This document shows positions 1-11,828 of a stretch of 64,000 bases of DNA, in pieces; within the stretch, counting starts at the first letter, position 1; each line of letters opens with the position of its first letter. Source of the DNA: Eledone cirrhosa (taxonomy: Eukaryota); NCBI GenBank assembly GCA_964016885.1, contig OZ024740.1:242482001-242546000 (forward strand). Direction: 5' to 3'. The notes beneath the pieces are model-generated. The model searched no databases. It had not been told where the DNA came from and saw nothing but the letters and a program-made list of their open reading frames with translations. The translations under genes were made by a program, and so were the position numbers.

Positions 1-330
1 CTGCTCTACAGATGTGAGTCATTCACAAAGAGGATTAATGGCACGTTCATATGAATACTGAGAAAGGTCCAGAGCATCTCCAAGAAAACACATGTAGCAG
101 ATAAATTGCTCTACATCATAAGCTTGCTTCCTCACATTATAAGGCAATGAAGGCTCATATTACCCAAACATGTGAAATGTCACAATGAACTCTGCCAAAT
201 ATATGCAGACGAGTTGGGAGACCAAACATGACACTGAAGGATGTTCTTGAAGATGACACTGGAGGGAAGGGAACTTCAGACAGCAATAAGGGACGACAAG
301 ATGAGCAACAAGAGGAACTTCATCATATGA
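1..330 (+). mobile_element. Degenerate RTE-clade LINE fragment (ORF2 C-terminus)
   Basis: Broken frames read RRVGRPNMTLKDVLEDDTG, resembling the RTE C-terminal RGRP..T..D.L..DTG signature. Boundaries approximate. Confidence 0.45.
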
Positions 331-377
331 CCGGTAACAGATGAAGACATACATATAAACATTATATCTACAGCATA

Positions 378-516
378 TAGAGTTACGGCCCTTGCCATTC
401 TGAGTTCAAATCCCGCCGAGGTTAACTTTGCCTTTCACCCTTACGGGGTCGATAAAATAAAGTACCAGTAATGCTCTGGGTAATTGCTGGCCTTGTGCCA
501 AACGTAGAAACAATTA
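378..516 (+). mobile_element. tRNA-derived SINE family A (MetaSINE-like), 5'-truncated
   Basis: Box B GAGTTCAAATCC and central GCCTTTCAcCCTTACGGGGTCGATAAAATAAAGTACCAG. 17-bp TSD ATTATATCTACAGCATA at 361-377 and 513-529. More than 10 copies in the window. Confidence 0.9.
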
Positions 517-1464
517 TATCTACAGCATAACTTTTAAATCACACTGTTGTTTACTACTGCTGTCTCTTCCAAGTTTTCTATTTCCTACATTTCTCCCGCA
601 TGTTTTTTCAATATTATCATTTTAACCACTCAGCCTGATTTATATATATATATATATATACATATACACACACACACACACATACGTACACACACATACA
701 CATATACACACACACATATATATTCATGCACATACATACATACTCCAACCATAGGCTAACCCATACCTTGAAAGTAACAACTGGGACTTGGAAAGTATGT
801 GGAAGCCCAACATAAATGTGTATATATTTATCTCTACATGAGTCTTCAACATTGACACCACTTCAGCAGACAGTGAAGTTTGTTTATGTCCCTCAACTCA
901 GTAGTCTGACATGTTAAATAAAGAACCTTAGTTTTAAAAAAATATCAAATAAGGGTTGGCATCAAGAAGAGCACCTGGCCATAGAATACTGAGTTAAGAA
1001 ATCTCTTCCAACTCCTGCCAGAATGGAAAATATGGACATTAAAATGATGAGGATGGTGGATGATGTTTCTCAAGAATTTATGAATGTTTTTCACTGTGCA
1101 AATACAATAACACAATTAAAATAACAAATAAAATACAATAGTACCTAATATGAGATGGAATGGCAGCAACTCACAAGTGTAATCAGTAATGCCGTCATGT
1201 GTGACAAGTGACAGATACATGGTTAAAGTTCAGTCCCTAGACTAGATGCTCTTTTTCTGCCTCAAGTTTTTCTTCAAAGTAATGAAATGTTCAATGATTT
1301 TCACACAATATCATTCATCATTATCATCTTACATCTGCTTTCCATGCTGGCATGAACTGGATGGGTTGTCATGGTCTGAGACCTGACAGCTCAGAATGAC
1401 TTATCTTGCACATCTATCTATCTATTTATTTAGGGCAGGTAAAATCCCCAAGATCTATGAGCGA

Positions 1465-1880
1465 GTTCTATCCGGTGGTCTCTGTCTTTCATCATCGCCG
1501 CTATGCCCTGCTTCTCCCAGAGACCAGTATCTGTCCTTAGGGCATCAATATATGTCAACCTCGGTCTCCCTCTTCTAGTGTGTCGATGTAGGGGCTCCTA
1601 CAGGAGCACTGAGTGCAGTGTCAAGTCCGAATGTCAGTGAGCAAGTCGAGCTAACCTCAATCTCCTCTGTTACTTTCGAACTGACTTTTGGGAGGCTGAC
1701 GTACAGTTCTGAGTTCTTCATCCTCAGTGTATACTGATTAATTTTCAGAGCCATCCTCAGCATTCTCGTGTAGCACCCATGCACCATCTAAGTGAGTCTT
1801 TTGGTCAGTGTCCAAGTCTCAGACCCATACAGTAGCACAGACTCCACTGTAGCAACAAAGAGACAGATCTTCAGGTCTTA
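1465..1880 (-). mobile_element. RTE-clade LINE fragment (post-RT region)
   Basis: Minus frames give ATVESVLLYGSETWTLTK and GCYTRMLRMAL, typical of the RTE thumb/C-terminal region. Confidence 0.75.
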
Positions 1881-2860
1881 CGAAGGTCCAACTTCCACAC
1901 CGATTTCAAACTGTGGCATGGTTTCTACAGCTGGATGCCCTTCCAAATGTCAGATGCCTTACAGGGTGTACTGGGAGCTTTTGTGGCACCAACACTAAGA
2001 CTTTACAGAGTGTACTGAGTGGTTTTTTTTTTCCATTAACAACATTAAAAACTCATTTATAGAAGTATATAAGTTGAAGCCTCTTTACAGTGCTTTTATC
2101 ACTACAGTATATTGTATCTAGACAAAACTGGAGATTCCATATATCAAAAGAGAACTTTTAATATTGTCATTATTTTAGGTAGTCTTCCCTCTTATTGAGG
2201 AATTTTTTCTTGTTTGGAAATTTATTGTTATATTTATTTCGACCCTTTTTGTTGACTGACCCCAAAGTCTAGGGTCCCTATAGCCGATAAAACAAATGTT
2301 ATGTTAAGTCATGAGACAGGATTTAAAATCTTGTTAGTCATGTTGTTTGCAAATGAAATGTTGAACTAAAAGTTTTTTGTGTAACATTTAATCCTTTTGT
2401 TACCAATTTCACCCCTGACAGCACTTAGTTTTATGATACAAAAGCACCCATTTTAAACTGTTTATACATAATTTAAAAGCTTCCATCATAATTTTTTGTA
2501 AGAATCCAGCTTGATAATAAAAAATGTGAATTATTTTTTAAAATGTCTCTAAACTGTTGATTTTTTTCCAAAATAATTGAAAATTAGGCAATGTGTTTTA
2601 TAAATATGGTCATCAGCCCTGTTTCCATAAATTAGAACTGATATATTTTTGAGCAGAACGCATTTTTCCCACATTGCCTCAATTCACCTACCTACTACTA
2701 GGAATAAGAATCAAGTCATCTAGAAATGCCACCTGCAATATAGAATTCTTTCTTATATTTGAAGGTATGTCTCATTTATCATCATCATCATCATCATCAT
2801 TATTATTTAACGTCCAGTATGGGTAAGACGAGCTGTCCCATTGAGAGAGATACAAGTCGA

Positions 2861-2968
2861 AATAATATCAAAATCTAATAGATTCGATACTATGTGAGAT
2901 AATTATATGAGGTAAAGTGTTTTCTGTGAAAATACAATAGTATATAGAGTAATGTAAATGCTAAAGGG
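2861..2968. mobile_element. piggyBac-like MITE, one-ended partial copy
   Basis: Ends TAAATGCTAAAGGG|TTAA; near-identical reverse complement of 3362-3470. Confidence 0.8.
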
Positions 2969-3361
2969 TTAATGTCCATGCTAGCATGGATTAGACAATC
3001 TGTCCTATTTGAAACAAGTCAGGTCAGGTGACTCTGTTTTGCTCATACAGAACAGTTTCTAAATTGGTTTCTAACGCCAAACACATTTACAATGTGGGCT
3101 GGGTACTTTTTGTCATGACATACTTGAGAAAAACATCCAAGCATCACAAGAACATTATGATGACTAATAATTAGTTATAATATTCTTGTAATGCTCAGAT
3201 GTTTTGATCAAGGTGATTGCCTTCTCTAACAATTTATGTATGTTTTAAATTTCCCTGACGATACAAAAGGAATGTAAAGTTAGGTGTGAAGGTGTTTTAT
3301 TGGTTTTTATGCTCAAATCTTAGTACATGGATTTACTCTTATGTACTGTAATACAACTTAA

Positions 3362-3579
3362 CCCTTAAGCATTCACAGTACTCTATATACTATTGTATTT
3401 TCACAGTAAACACTTTACCTCATATAGTTATCTCACATAGTATCGAATCTATTAGATTTTGATATAATTTATTTTGAGAACAATACCTTAATGTTGAATG
3501 AGCAGCTGGTTACAGCCGGTTTGAACAGAATGAGGTGAGAGAATTCTGGTTGTATTCGGGCGGTTTAAATGTTAAAGGG
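3362..3579. mobile_element. piggyBac-like MITE (~220 bp)
   Basis: TTAA on both sides (3358-3361, 3580-3583); CCC...GGG termini with ~14-bp imperfect TIRs (CCCTTAAGCATTCA / TAAATGTTAAAGGG). Further copies at 6873, 7833, 15356, 44218. Confidence 0.9.
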
Positions 3580-4054
3580 TTAATGATAATTTTCCATTTA
3601 CCATATTCTTCATACTTCATTTGTTGAAACACATATGACAAATAAAAATGTCTAAATTCTTTTGAAATTCCTCTATTCATATATATATATATATATATAT
3701 ATAGTTCAAGTGGCTTGCAACACTCAACAAATGCAGCAGCAGCAGCAGTGGTGGTGATGGTGGTGGCAGTGGTGGATGTGATGGTGGTGGTAGTGGTATG
3801 GTTATGTAAAACATTCAAGAGCTGAATCTGCAACTATTCCTAAGTAGCTTTTATTTAGACTGCCCCTATACTGTTTAAATTCAGGTTTCACTTTCTTTAC
3901 TACTTGAATTTCATTTCAATCCCTTAAGTGTTTATAATCAACAAATCATAATTGGAATAATTAAAAAGAAAGAACTGATAAATAGCTAAGATATTTCATG
4001 TAATCCTTATTTTCATTTCAATAAGAATAACTAAAATATATGTATTTTATTTTA

Positions 4055-4241
4055 TGAAGGTCAGCTGAAAAATTCATAGGCTGACCAAGATACTCTCATG
4101 GAATGACCAAATGAGGTATATTTTTCAACATAGTCCCTAGAAAGAACCCATGCAGTTATTAATAAAAGTTGAAATTAAGGCATGCAAGATTTCACAGTCC
4201 TAACATCATATTCAGCCTATGAACTTTTCAGCTGGCCCTCA
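4055..4241. mobile_element. Tc1/mariner-like MITE
   Basis: TA flanks; ~30-bp TIRs TGAAGGTCAGCTGAAAAATTCATAGGCTGA / TCAGCCTATGAACTTTTCAGCTGGCCCTCA. Confidence 0.85.
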
Positions 4242-4344
4242 TAGAATATGATAGATAAAACATTTTATTAAAGAAACAATGAAGGGTCTCTTTATGGTAA
4301 TCTGACCAACTAGAAATAGAAACCAAACCTCCCTCAAATACCAT

Positions 4345-4504
4345 AATTGTTTCTACTTTTGGCACAAGGCCAGCAATTACCCAGTGCATTACTGGTACTT
4401 TATTTTATCAACCCTGTAAGGAGGAAAGGCAAAGTTAACCTCGGCGGGATTTGAACTCAGACCATAAAGGGACGTAACTATGCTGGAAAGCATGGTGTCC
4501 GACC
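4345..4504 (-). mobile_element. SINE family A, inserted into an older repeat (family C)
   Basis: Reverse complement of the family A consensus; splits a TAGAAATAG..CCAAA..CTCCCTCAAAT type repeat. Confidence 0.85.
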
Positions 4505-6369
4505 ACCATATAATGAAAAGAGGCATTGAATAATGTAGTACCTACATACCCCTACACACATGGGGATGGCCACAGCTGGAACAGCTTTGATTCATAAGTC
4601 TGTCCAATGATGATTGACAACTGATAAAAATAGCAAACAGCATCAATGGCAAGTTATGTATCTGGGGCTTCAAATCCACCTCAACCATTATTCAAAACTT
4701 GATCTTAGTACATACATCAAGTCATCATTACAGATTATAATATTCCAATACAGAAAAATTCTTATTTTAATATCTGTGGAAGATTCATAATGGATAATGC
4801 ACTGGGCTCATTAATAATTTCACAATTGTTAACTAGATAATAATAAGTTTCTTGCTTCAAGTCAATCACAGATAAGGTAGCTTTCTTTTATTTTCTTTGT
4901 CTTGAAATATAAATGGTTCTAGATATTCTATTAGAAATTCAATATAAAAATGTAGTTTTATGTATACATTAATACTTTGATGCAGCATGAAATTGCCTTC
5001 AGATGTAATATAGAATTCATATACTGTCTTTAAATGAAAATTATATCGGCACTTATATTTCTGTATTTTGCTTAATATTCATCATTGTTATTACTTGAAA
5101 ATAATACGAAGGGAGAGCTATAGCAAAAAAAAATTAATACAACTGTAGTTGTTAAGTTATTGCAGTTTCCTTTTATTGTTTTGTTTTTATATTGTGAATA
5201 TATTATAGTATGATAGTTAATCTATTTTTCTCAATGCTGGCCTGTTCTGATATATAAATAATGTTCAAATTCATAAAGCAAGATAAAAACAAATTTAAAA
5301 AAAAAAAAAACCAGATAGACTATGTTTCATGAGAATCTCATTTAAGTTGCTTGAGGATTTAAAATTAGAAAAAATATATATATTGTGATGGCTAAATCTA
5401 TTAACTGGCTGGCGTTCCTGAAAGTTCAAACAAAGAATAAACTAAGAATTTCTTGTTTGCTTTTATTAATTTTTTTTTTTTTTTTTAACAAATGGAAGAA
5501 ATAAAAACCACTTAAATAGGACAAAGAAAAAAAAATTTTAGTTGAAACAATAAGAAATTTCTTAAACTAGAGAGATACTTCAGAATGAAAACATTGTATT
5601 TCAGTATAGGCTTTTCAGTAGTTTATGATGTCATGCAAACATATAAATAGTTGTGCTATCCATTTACTAACACAGATATGGCGGTGGGGATATTTAAACA
5701 TCTAAATTCTAATGCAGTATTATATTGGCATACAATAATTTCCAATGTGTTTTTATTTGGTGTCACATAAAAAAATATTGCAGAAATGAGAGAGAGAGAG
5801 AGAGTTTATTGTGAGTAATTGAAAGAACTGCTAAATCAGATGTTCGAAACTATTTAACATATTGCCAAAATAAATCAGATATCTTGAGAACATTCTCCTC
5901 AATATAAAGAGGGGCTTGACATTCCAAATATATCGGCTGTTGACAATTATGCATAAGTCTGGGCTGAAAACTCTAATATAGATGATAGAAATATTTAAAA
6001 TGAATGAACTAAAAGGTTCTAATAATAACCAGAACTTCTCAATAAATAATTAAGAGGGAAATGTCAGAAGATTGAGGTCATGGGTAGTGGAGGTTAAAGA
6101 TTTGGGTGTGTCAGAGGAGAGAAAATGGTCACATTTAGCTTAATTAGTCTAGGCTAAACATATGTACATGAAGGTGATGTAAAACAAAACATCAAATAAA
6201 GGTCCTTTAATTAAATGTTTTCTTATGCTAAACCTATAATAGGAATTGAAATTGTAAATTTATTTTTAACACAAACTATTATAAACCATGTAACAATTTC
6301 ACTTTTCACCAAAACACATTTACTTCAGCTTGTCAACCATATACAACAACAGAGCATGTATGAGCCATT

Positions 6370-6570
6370 TAGAGCACCTCTACATTGTTGTTGGATCTGC
6401 TAGAAATAACATTTAAATCTCCCATTAATTGCAAACTACCCTCATAAATAAAGGACATTGATAATGTGGTCCTGGGTTCCTCATATACAGGAAAAAGATA
6501 GAATGGTCAAAGTTGAATTGGCTTTGATAGGTCTGCTAGATCAGAGCAGATCGAGAGCTAACAACAACAG
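6370..6570 (+). repeat. Old dispersed SINE-like repeat family C (representative copy)
   Basis: Motifs CTAGAAATAGCAGCCAAATCTCCCTCAAAT and GGTCACAGCTGGAA recur in decayed form near 4290-4640, 15770-15960, 20325-20510, 27380-27640, 37740-37960, 40810-40920, 43020-43210 and 45885-45960. Confidence 0.6.
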
Positions 6571-6872
6571 CAACAACAAGCCCTCTATGGGATTGTACAC
6601 ACAAACCAAACAAGTGGTATATTTGTAGTCAATAACTTTTAATCATATGAGAAAGATTGAAATAAATATCAAAATAGCAAAGTTATAAAATATTGAAATA
6701 TGAAACTACTTTGATTTGATGGCAATTACACTTATGAGCCAGATAGTGGTGGTCCTAGTTGGCACAAATTAGATATAAGTTTTGTTTACAAGTGTCTGAA
6801 AGTTTTGTGAAGGAAGATGGTGTCATCAAATTGTAAGAAATGAAACTACAAAAATGAAAACAGAAATGTCAA

Positions 6873-7036
6873 CACTTTAGCATTCATATTTATTATATTT
6901 GAATCTATGAGATTTTGAGATTATTTATTTTGAGAACAATACCTTAACATCAGTATGAGCAGCTGGTTACAGCCGGTTTGAACAGAAAGAGGTGAGAGAA
7001 TTCTGGATAGATAGGTCCAGTTTAAATGCTAAAGGG
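6873..7036. mobile_element. piggyBac-like MITE with TCAA flanks
   Basis: Same family as 3362-3579 (internally deleted); TCAA at 6869-6872 and 7037-7040. Confidence 0.8.
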
Positions 7037-7832
7037 TCAAACCAGTAGAAAGACTTTGCAATCACTATTAATGGAAAGGAGGTAAACCTTTGTGTGCTAT
7101 TTTCATCCAGTAACTTGAAAGGTCACTATGAAGCAAATCACAAAAGCCTTTTGTACGATTATCCACCTAAATCAGAATTAAGAGAAAACAAGTTAGCTAA
7201 GTTAAAATAATCAGTAAATAACCAGCAGTTACTGTTGACAACATTCAGTAAAGAACTAGTTCTGTTATACCATGGACTATTGCTATGTGAAACATTTTCT
7301 AATGGTAAATTTGCTAAAATATAACCAAAACTGTTGTAGTATTAGATTTTAAAAAACAAACAAACACAAAGACTCTGTAATAAACTGCACAAAGTTTGAT
7401 GCAACACTGTAGAGAGGTGCTAGAAGTATTTGTTCTTTATATTTGTTCTGAAGTAATTTTGGACTGACCAGCATTAAAAGAAACAACTATTAAAACTGAC
7501 CAGCATTAAAAGAAACAACTATTAAAACTATGCTTGACAGGGAATTAACCAATTCTGATGTAACTGAATAAACACGAGAATGTTACAATGGATGGAGCAA
7601 CTGAAATGGTGGAAAAATGCAGGATAAATTGCACTTGCAAAACATAATCCCAGCTTTCCAGAGATGTTCCCTATTTATTGTGTTGTTCATCATAAACGCC
7701 TAGCAGCTAGATATCACAAATATGAAATTATAAAATTTATTAAATCTGCATTGTGGATCACGGCTGCAGAAATTAAATGCTGTTTAGTGTATAGTTAAAT
7801 AGTTATGGTGAAGCTGCGTTTTGTGTCCTTAA

Positions 7833-8241
7833 CCCTTTAACATTTAAACCGGCTTGTATCCAGCTAGAATTCTCTCACCTCTTTCTGTTCAAACTAGCCG
7901 TAACAAGCCACTCATAACAAAGTTCTCAAAATAAATAATTGTTTCTACTTTAGGCACAAGGCCAGCAATTACCCAGTGCATTACTGGTACTTTATTTTAT
8001 CGACCCCGTAAGGATGAAAGGTAAAGTTAACCTCGGCGGGATTTGAACTCAGATCGTAAAGGGACGTAACTATGCTGGAAAGCATGGTGTCCGACCCTCT
8101 ACTGATACTGCCAATCCACCGCCGTTCTCAAAATAAATAATATCAAAATTTCAGATTCAATATTGTGAGATAATTATGTGAGGTAAAGCTTTTACCATGA
8201 AAATACAATAATAAATATAGAGTAATGTAAATGCTAAAGGG
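7833..8241. mobile_element. piggyBac-like MITE carrying a nested SINE
   Basis: TTAA|CCCTTTAACATTTA ... TAAATGCTAAAGGG|TTAA. Confidence 0.9.
7937..8124 (-). mobile_element. SINE family A, full length
   Basis: Box A- and box B-like motifs; 18-bp TSD GTTCTCAAAATAAATAAT at 7922-7939 and 8124-8141. Confidence 0.92.
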
Positions 8242-9040
8242 TTAAGCAAGACACTTTATTTCATGTCACTCCAGTCTACTCAGCTGGCAAAAATGAATTT
8301 TATCTGTAATTACAAAGGCCAAAATTAACTGTGTTAAGGGTACATGTATTAGTAGTCTGCTGTCTGTTGCACGTTGAGTTCACAAGCAGGTTGTTTTATT
8401 GATTGAATCAACTAGAACACTCATCGTTGGCACTAATGGAGGTCTAACACACAAACAGAGTTATGAAATCTGCCTTGAATGTGCCAATTTCATATGCTTA
8501 AATGAGAACAGCAACCAGCGTTTCAGAATGTTTATTGAAGAACTGGAGCATGAAGATAAACACAGTGATGTTTCTCTCTCTTGCATTGGGGGAGTAGGTT
8601 TGTAGATGTGATATTTCTTACTGATATAATCAATCATCTACAGTCTTAACTGCCACTCCAGGAGAAGGATGAGAATTTTCTAGAAACTTCAATCACTTCA
8701 CTAATCTCTATAAAAGAGTAAATATATTCCTCGGTATTGAAATAAACTGAACTGTTTGATAACTTCCTAGCCAGGTTTGACGACTTGTAAAAACTGAAGC
8801 AGTGCTTCAGTTTTCTTGTAAGTCTATTCATGATTGATGTGATAATTTTGGTTGATCAATTCTCAAACCTTTGGTTATAAAATCTACTGTGTAAATGGAA
8901 CTAATAGAATTACGGGGAGGACTGGGAGACTATGTCAACAGGTGATCCACAAATCCAAGTCTACAATGTAGTTCTGGAAAAATTTGCCAGAAATAAAACA
9001 ACCTGAAGTTATGAAAACTAGCATGTTACTCATTTCAATA

Positions 9041-9082
9041 TCATCATCATTTTACGCCTGCTTTTCCTTGCTTGCAAGGGTG
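9041..9082 (-). mobile_element. ~42-bp RTE/SINE-B 3'-tail insertion
   Basis: (CAT)n plus TTTTACGCCTGCTTTTCCTTGCTTGCAAGGGTG, flanked by CAATA(T) on both sides. Confidence 0.75.
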
Positions 9083-9830
9083 CAATATACTACTCTGTAC
9101 TACTGCAATCTGTAATGAAGTTTGTGAAGTTAAAGCATTGTTCAATACTTACAAATAAACACCTAATGGAGTTAATTCATACAGCCTTGACAACATATCA
9201 GCCAAATTCTATTTATTCTCAACAACTCACTACTAAAATTGAGACCCATCAGACCTCTACTAGCAGTAAATAGCAGTGCTAAAAGCCTGATAATTGTAGT
9301 ATAGTCTGTTTATCATAAAAAAATAATTATGATAAGACTATAATTTTGTAAGGCGGTATCTGATTAAATGACTATAATTTTATTGGCTTGCTTTTTTTTT
9401 TTACATATTTTCCTCATGGTTTTAGACTGGATATTTACTACTAAGATAAATAAATATTAAAAATCTCTTAGTTGTTTTTACAATTTAGTTTTATTTTGGG
9501 CAGTTTGATTTTATGTTCCCATAATTCATTGCCCTGTTAAATGTACTCAATATTGTTGAAACAATTATCTTTCAAGATTTTGAAATAATTTGGTAAAGTT
9601 GTAATTCCAAACACCAATAAAAATTACCAGTTTAAAAACCTACATACACAAAGAGATAATTATTAATCGATACATAAATTTCTTAATATTTACATAAAAT
9701 GCTATAACAAAATATGTATGTGACAATAAAAAAAGGAGTGTAAATTTTTTTAATGTCTATCTAGCATAATATATATATATACATATACATATATATATAT
9801 ATATATATACATACATATACATATAAATAT

Positions 9831-10179
9831 ATCATCATCATTTCATCATCATCATCTTTTTACGTCCACTTTTCCCTGCTTGCAAGGGTGGGACGGGAAC
9901 TGATTCTGGCTTGATTTCTACAGCTGGATGCCCTTCCTAACACCAACCTCATTTACAGTGAGTGCTGGGTGCTTTTTGCTGTGGCACCTCCACGACCACT
10001 TTGCAGTGGAATGATATGGACCCCAGTCCCTATCATCTCATTTCTACAGCTGAGGAAACTGGAGTAATGTGAAATAAAGTGTCTTGCTCAAGGAAACAAC
10101 ACATCACCCGGTGTGAGAATTGAACTCACAGCCTTTCGATTGCAAGGCCAATGCTCTAACCACTAAGCCATGTGCCTCC
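9831..10179 (-). mobile_element. tRNA-derived SINE family B with RTE-type tail
   Basis: tRNA-like head GGAGGCACATGGCTTAGTGGTTAGAGC..GAGTTCAATTC; Deu/Nin-like body CCTTGAGCAAGACACTT; (ATG)n tail. Copies at 11829 and 50002. Confidence 0.9.
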
Positions 10180-10262
10180 ATATATATATATATATGTACA
10201 TATATATATACATATATGTATATATATATATGCATATACATTTATAAATATATATATATAAT

Positions 10263-10355
10263 AGTAATAATAATAAATGTGAAGACTAAAATCCAAAGAG
10301 GGCTTGATAAGGATAAATTCTTTGCTTAAACTTTAATCTGTTATTTTAATAAATA
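10263..10355. mobile_element. Short rearranged 3'-terminal piece of the Naiad-type Penelope family
   Basis: 10263-10318 is the reverse complement of ~58576-58632; 10321-10355 is a direct match to ~58510-58545. Confidence 0.75.
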
Positions 10356-10364
10356 TATATATAT

Positions 10365-10635
10365 AAAAGTCTAAAGTTTGTCTTAAGCTAGAAGGCTCAT
10401 TTAGCCGGTGCTTATCCCGGTTTCATGGTGTGAAGCGACTGAGAGTACAAGACACCCACTGGACAGGGCACCAATCCATCACAGGGTTAAACGTCCAGCT
10501 ATTACTGGTACTTATTTTCAGCTGAATATACTGGAGCAACGTGAAATGAAGTGTTTTACTCAAGAACACAACACACAATCCAAGAACCAAACCCACAACA
10601 TTATGATTTTATGTCCAACACCCTTACCACACACA
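10365..10635 (-). mobile_element. Older Deu/Nin-like SINE
   Basis: Shares the body (plus strand CTGGAGCAACGTGAAATGAAGTGTTTTACTCAAG) with family B but has a different 3' tail. Confidence 0.65.
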
Positions 10636-10651
10636 TATGTATATATATATA

Positions 10652-10831
10652 CCATATATGCCGGCATACAAGTCAATCTGGCATATAGTTCGACCCCTAA
10701 AATTCTGAGGTGTAGTTCAGGTGAAGCAGCACGCATACTTCCACATTTTATATTCAGCGGAAAAGTCGACCCCTGGTTTTGGAGAGATATTTTTAGGTTC
10801 CAAATGTCAACTTGTATGCTAGCATATACGG
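10652..10831. mobile_element. pogo/Tc1-like MITE
   Basis: TIRs CCATATATGCCGGCATACAAGTCAA / TCAACTTGTATGCTAGCATATACGG; TA on the left, TG on the right; embedded in (TA)n. Confidence 0.75.
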
Positions 10832-10870
10832 TGTATATATAAACACACACACACATATATATATATATAT

Positions 10871-11815
10871 ATCATCATCATTTTACATCCGCTTTTCCCT
10901 GCTTGCAAGGGTGGGACGGGTCCTATTCAGCACAACATTTCTCCACTTGTCACGGTCCTTCGTCATCTCCTCCGTGAGCTTCAGCAATCTGAGGTCTGCC
11001 TCTACTGCGTCTTCCTCTACTGCATGGTCTTCCTCTACTGTGTCTTCCTTCTGCTGGCATTTCTTGGCACTTCTTTACCCAGTGGTCATCCTCCATGCGC
11101 ATCACATGTCCATACCATCGCAGTCTTCTCTCCCGCACACTACAACTTATCCCTCTTAAACACAGTTTCTCTCTCAACACATCCATGCTCGGTCGTTCAC
11201 GTACATTGACATTGCACATCCAACGGAGCATGCTTGCTTTATTTATTTCCAGCCGTCACATATCCTCTGCAGTTGCTGCCCATGTCTCACTACCATGCAG
11301 CATTGTGCACATCACACAGGCATAATATAACCGGCCTTTCGTATGCAGGGAGAAACCCTTCTTCGTCAGCAGGAAGCAGCTCCCTAAACTTCTTCCAACA
11401 CGTCCTTATTCTAGATACTATGGCCTTGGAACCCCCCCCCTCCTCCAGCATGAGAGGGGGGTATTCCAAGGCCATAGTATCTAGAATCTGCTCACCTAGG
11501 TACCGGAAGCTATCAACCACTTCTATAGAGCCTACCTGCATTTGAAAAATGTGTCTATCAATGCGACTTCTACTGTCAAATTTCCCTGTACATCTACTGC
11601 ATACGTATTTTTCCCAACCTGTTAGTTTGCCTGCTATCCCACTATATTTCTTGTGTACCCAAGATCTGCATTGTGTACATTTTATAGAATTTATGCCAGT
11701 TCCTTTTCTGCATATCGAACATGGCCATTTCCCTGACGGAATCAGAGTTTTGTCCTCTTTTCTACTTATCAACACTTTTGTCTTAGCTAGGTTCACTCTC
11801 AGTCCTCTTAATTCC
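10871..11815 (-). mobile_element. 5'-truncated RTE LINE (PHD-bearing type, diverged family)
   Basis: GLRVNLAKTK, KWPCSICRKG..CTQCRSWVHKK, RRLRWYGHVMRM; (ATG)n tail at ~10871. Confidence 0.9.
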
Positions 11816-11828
11816 AATATATATATAT

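Larger units (their letters stand above)
6830..9250 (+). pseudogene. hAT (Buster/GTF2IRD2-like) transposase remnant with nested insertions
   Basis: Ordered broken peptides: SSNLKGHYEANHKSLLYDYPPKSELRENKLAKLK, TMDGATEMV (TTDGA motif), CVVH, QRFRMFIEELEHEDKHSDVS, FWKNLPE, LTNKHLMELIHTALTTYQPN. Includes a 32-bp tandem duplication at ~7463-7529. TIRs not located. Confidence 0.75.

Noticed and set aside
3252-3285. Hammerhead (CTGACGA TACA..TGTA)
   Set aside because: The GAAA half of the core is missing; at best a decayed remnant.
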